A stretch of DNA of 64,000 bases from Rhizodiscina lignyota. Its lineage: Eukaryota. Location: contig ML978136.1 in assembly GCA_010015805.1 (NCBI GenBank), forward strand, positions 124,001 through 188,000, in the 5' to 3' direction. Below, piece by piece: positions 60,579 to 64,000 of this stretch; position 1 is the stretch's first letter; each line of letters begins with the position of its first letter. Under the pieces are notes generated by a model. The model had not been told where the DNA came from and made no database searches. It saw only the letters and a program-made list of their open reading frames with translations. The position numbers were made by a program, and so were the translations under genes.

Positions 60579-63500
60579 ATGTCGACGTTTACGAATTTTG
60601 CCTTTTTCTTGTTTCTAGTAATTGAGATATCTGTTTGTAAGTCTCAGTGACAGACGTCCAGAACGAAGGAGAGACTGATTTCAACCAACAGCACTCAATA
60701 CCACCACCGTCCTTCACAATGTCACTTTCTCTGTCCCTGCCTTATCCTCAACTTCCAGCAGCACGAACGGTGTTGGAGACTTCATCGCTTCTGGTCTTGG
60801 GATGCAGGATTCTGACGGCATCGACACGACGGCCAGCAGCACAAAGAGCGCGAGCACTTTTAGCATCTTGACTAGTAGCAGCACATCCAACCGAAAGATA
60901 ACGAGCAACAATCCAACAGGCAGTACAAACCTAACCAGCAGTAGCAGTAACATAACGAGTAGTAGCAGCAGAGGATTAAATTCGTTGTCGAACGCCACTA
61001 TTGCCCGCCCAGGAGCCCTAAGTACTGGAACAAGCGGAAATCTCACAATAGCGCCGTCTGCTGCTAGCTGCGTAGCTGCATTGTTGTCGTACTCTAGTGT
61101 TTGGGAATCGTGGAATGCCGCCTCCGACAATGTCGTGCCAATCACTATACCTCCCACGACTTCGCCATTCCTCATCACTAGTACTTCGGTCAGTCAGACA
61201 GCGTATATCACATTGTGCGATCATTTGCCACGTGGACTTGGAACGCCGATTTCGCTCGAGACTACCTCAACCTCGCTCGTTATTGTCAACACTCCATACG
61301 TTTGGGAATCGAAAGTCCCTCTTCCGGCTACTTTTCCTAACTGCACTATTGATCCGTCTGATTGTGCTATTCTCCAGAGTTCCTGGACCAGCAAAATGGC
61401 GGCTTCGCCATCGATTACGAACACTCCACTCTATTGGACTGCATCACCAAATTGTACGACAACATACTCATCAAGTGCTCTGACCTGCAACCCTACAGAG
61501 TGTATCATAGCGGGCCAACGCCACCCCAATCCAGGCCAGACCGTTAGTAGATTATCTTCTGACATACTATTTTAGCACGCTGATATCTCCTAAGACTGCG
61601 GGTGTACGTCTGATCTACTGGCCCGTCACACGTGTTGGCAATCTTTGTAATGGTACGACGACTATTACAGGTACTCAAACTGGGAACGGACCAAATACGT
61701 ACGCGAATCCGGCTGTTGTCGGAAATCTCACCATTACGTCGCCTACTGTGGCCATCTCGTTTGGCAAATTGGTGAGTTTCTCGTACAAGTGGCGTAAAGC
61801 TCTTGGCAGAACAGTGTTAATTACATTCAGAGCCGCTTAGATGGCTGTGGTCCCACGCTCACCAACCACATCGTCCTGATGGACTCGAATCGTGTTTCGT
61901 CCCAGCGCGGTGCCCGTGCCGTACAGGTCTTGCTTCCCTTTGATTATGCAGATCTAAACATCAAATGTGTGTCCTCGGCAAATGTCACTGGCTGCTATAC
62001 TGATGTGCCATCCGCCGCATACTTCGGTCAGCCATCATGTGGTATCTTCGAAGAACAAACCGGTCCAAATGCATGGTGTCCACAGACAATCTACAACAAC
62101 TACGCTCCACAGCTCAATGTGCCACCTCAATTGAGTAATGCGGAGCCTAGCTGGGGCACGAGTTGTATGATTGATGACCTTGGCGTTTGGGATCCCCCAC
62201 TGGCATTGCAATCGGATGGGGTATTGGACGCACCTAAGCCGACACCTGCAGAGACGACGACAAAACACGACAGTCCAACGCCACAGCCACAGGGTAAGCC
62301 AACGTCTACTCCATCGAAGACTCACAGTTCAGACGGAGGAAGTGATCCGAGAACGACGTCAGCTGGCGATGGAGGTTTACCTGGGGCGATAGCAAGCATA
62401 TTGGATCAATCAAAGAGCAAGGAAGCTGCCCCAGCAGATCCATCAACCGGTTCATCAGGGCAAGGTTCTGGAGTAAGTGGCTCGGAGTCCAACAGTGGAG
62501 GCAAGAATTCAGTGTCCAGCTCGGGCAGTGACTCGGAGTCTAATCCACAAGGTTCGAGCTCAGGATCTGACCCTTCATCATCGGAGTCTCATCACGACTC
62601 TAGCTCTGGGTCGAATGAAAGCTCGCCAGGCCCGAGTTTGAAATCAGAGCCGAACAGTGGTTCCAACAGTGGCTCGAACGGAGGGCCTCACACGGGGTCC
62701 AACTCGAATTCAGGCTCCGGTCCTAGCTCTAGCCAAGAATCTGGATCATCTGGTTCTCACCCTGAATCAGGAGAATCTGACTCGAACTCAGGCGAAAACA
62801 ACGCAGAATCCAACGTAAATGCTGACGGGACTGGCTCGGATTCGAAATCTGGTTCCAACAGACAGAAGCAAAGTAGCTCAGACACAGGCTCAATCTCAAA
62901 CGATGTACCGAACGGTGGATCTGACTCTGGAAATGGCGCGACAGAGATCGCTTCGAACGGCCCCAAAACCGTCGGTGTGGTAGGCGGACAATCAGTTGCG
63001 CCTGATCCCGTTAATTCCAACAATGCTATCATCGGTAGCCAAACTTTCCATCCTGGTGAACAAACCACTATCAACAGTGTACCTGTATCTGTTGGCAGCG
63101 GTGGAAAGGTTATTGTGGGAGGATCCTCAACAATTGTGCCTGCAGCCGCTGGTGATCCGACACCAAAGGCAATTGCAAAAGTCGGTGGTGTTTCCGTTTT
63201 GGCTGATCCAGGCACTACAGACGCCATCATTGTAGCAGGACACATGGTATCAGATGGCCAAGCCACTGTTATTGACAACACTCCTGTTGCAGTTTCAAGC
63301 GGACACGTTGTCATCGGAGGAAGCGGAAACGCTCCTGCTTCTACCGTCGCTATTCCAACTTCAATGCCAACACACCTTGGATCTGGCTCATACGTACCAG
63401 GCAATCCTGTCGTTATAAACTCTGGACACGTCGTTGTTGCAGGGTCTACACTATCTGCTGGTCAACAAGCGACCATTGACGGTACTGTCGTTTCCGCTGG

Positions 63501-64000
63501 AAGTTCGCAGGTTGTCATCGGCTCCTCCATAATAACCCTACCTACATCGAGCCCAAATGTTGGTTATACCACGAACATAGGCGGCCAACGAATCATTCTG
63601 ACCTCCGGCCACATTATAGTCGCAGGTTCAACGCTCTCAATCGGCCAGGAAACCACCATTGACGGCATCGGTATCTCGGCCGGGTCTACTCAGGCGGTAA
63701 TTGGATCCTCCACAATTGCAGTTCCAACAGGCGCTGCAAGTGTTGGATACACTACTGACATCGGAGACCAAGAGATCGTCTTAAGCTCGGGTCACATTAT
63801 TGTTGGAGGTTCAACGCTTTCACCTGGCCAGAAATCTACCCTTGATGGTACCGTTGTATCAGCCGGGTCGACTGAGGCAGTAATTGGATCATCGACAATT
63901 GCCATTCCGACGTTGGGACCGACGGATTCTGTGTATAGCACTGACATCGACGGCAAACCGATCATCGTTAAATCCGGCCATGTTATGGTTGGCGGCTCGA
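60579..64000 (+). CDS. Large secreted/cell-surface Ser/Thr/Gly-rich protein with Cys-rich domain and tandem repeats; 3' end beyond the window
   Basis: Signal peptide MSTFTNFAFFLFLVIEISVS; introns 60637-60691, 61543-61594, 61772-61830; motifs VRLIYWPV, TSPTVAISF, PFDYADLN, GVWDPPLAL; frame appears open to the window end. Confidence 0.82.
63424..64000 (+). repeat. Intragenic degenerate tandem repeat, 183-186 nt (61-62 aa) unit
   Basis: GH[VI]xVxGSTL recurs at 63424, 63607, 63790 and (truncated) 63976. Confidence 0.85.

Noticed and set aside
1..64000. tRNA/rRNA genes, CRISPR arrays, TGA-CTA readthrough PTS1 extensions
   Set aside because: None recognised by eye; stop contexts checked for PRS, 6PGD and SDR give no cryptic PTS1. 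A tRNAscan-SE/Infernal run would be needed to exclude small RNAs

Overview
Eukaryotic, intron-containing genomic DNA from a filamentous ascomycete, judged from short GT-AG introns with CTRAC-like branch points and fungal-specific gene families. About 21 protein-coding genes can be modelled. They include a DUF2457-like protein, a Cys-rich single-pass membrane protein, a Prs5-type PRPP synthetase, Opy2, an orphan ORF, a small secreted Cys protein, importin-11/Kap120, Pex2, a divergent 6-phosphogluconate dehydrogenase paralog, an ABCC transporter and a secreted alkaline phosphatase. Next come a nitrile-specifier-like kelch protein, a DUF1365 protein, and a compact group of acyl-CoA ligase, enoyl-CoA hydratase (PTS1), MFS transporter and regulator. 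The window ends with a ~1,540-aa Pro/Gln-rich protein, an SDR, a Mn-type CDF transporter and a 3'-truncated repeat-rich cell-surface protein. No rRNA, tRNA, CRISPR or intact mobile element was seen. The four most interesting leads are all hypotheses. (1) An ATG-depleted ~700-nt leader with two strong-context uORFs precedes an acidic protein carrying PP1-docking-like motifs, an architecture resembling GADD34. (2) The 6PGD paralog has lost its phosphate-binding and NADP-specifying residues. (3) A putative peroxisomal carboxylate-catabolism cluster carries CCTCGG (FarA-type) sites. (4) The large uncharacterised protein has an RVxF-PhiPhi motif. All family assignments come from recognised motifs, not database searches.
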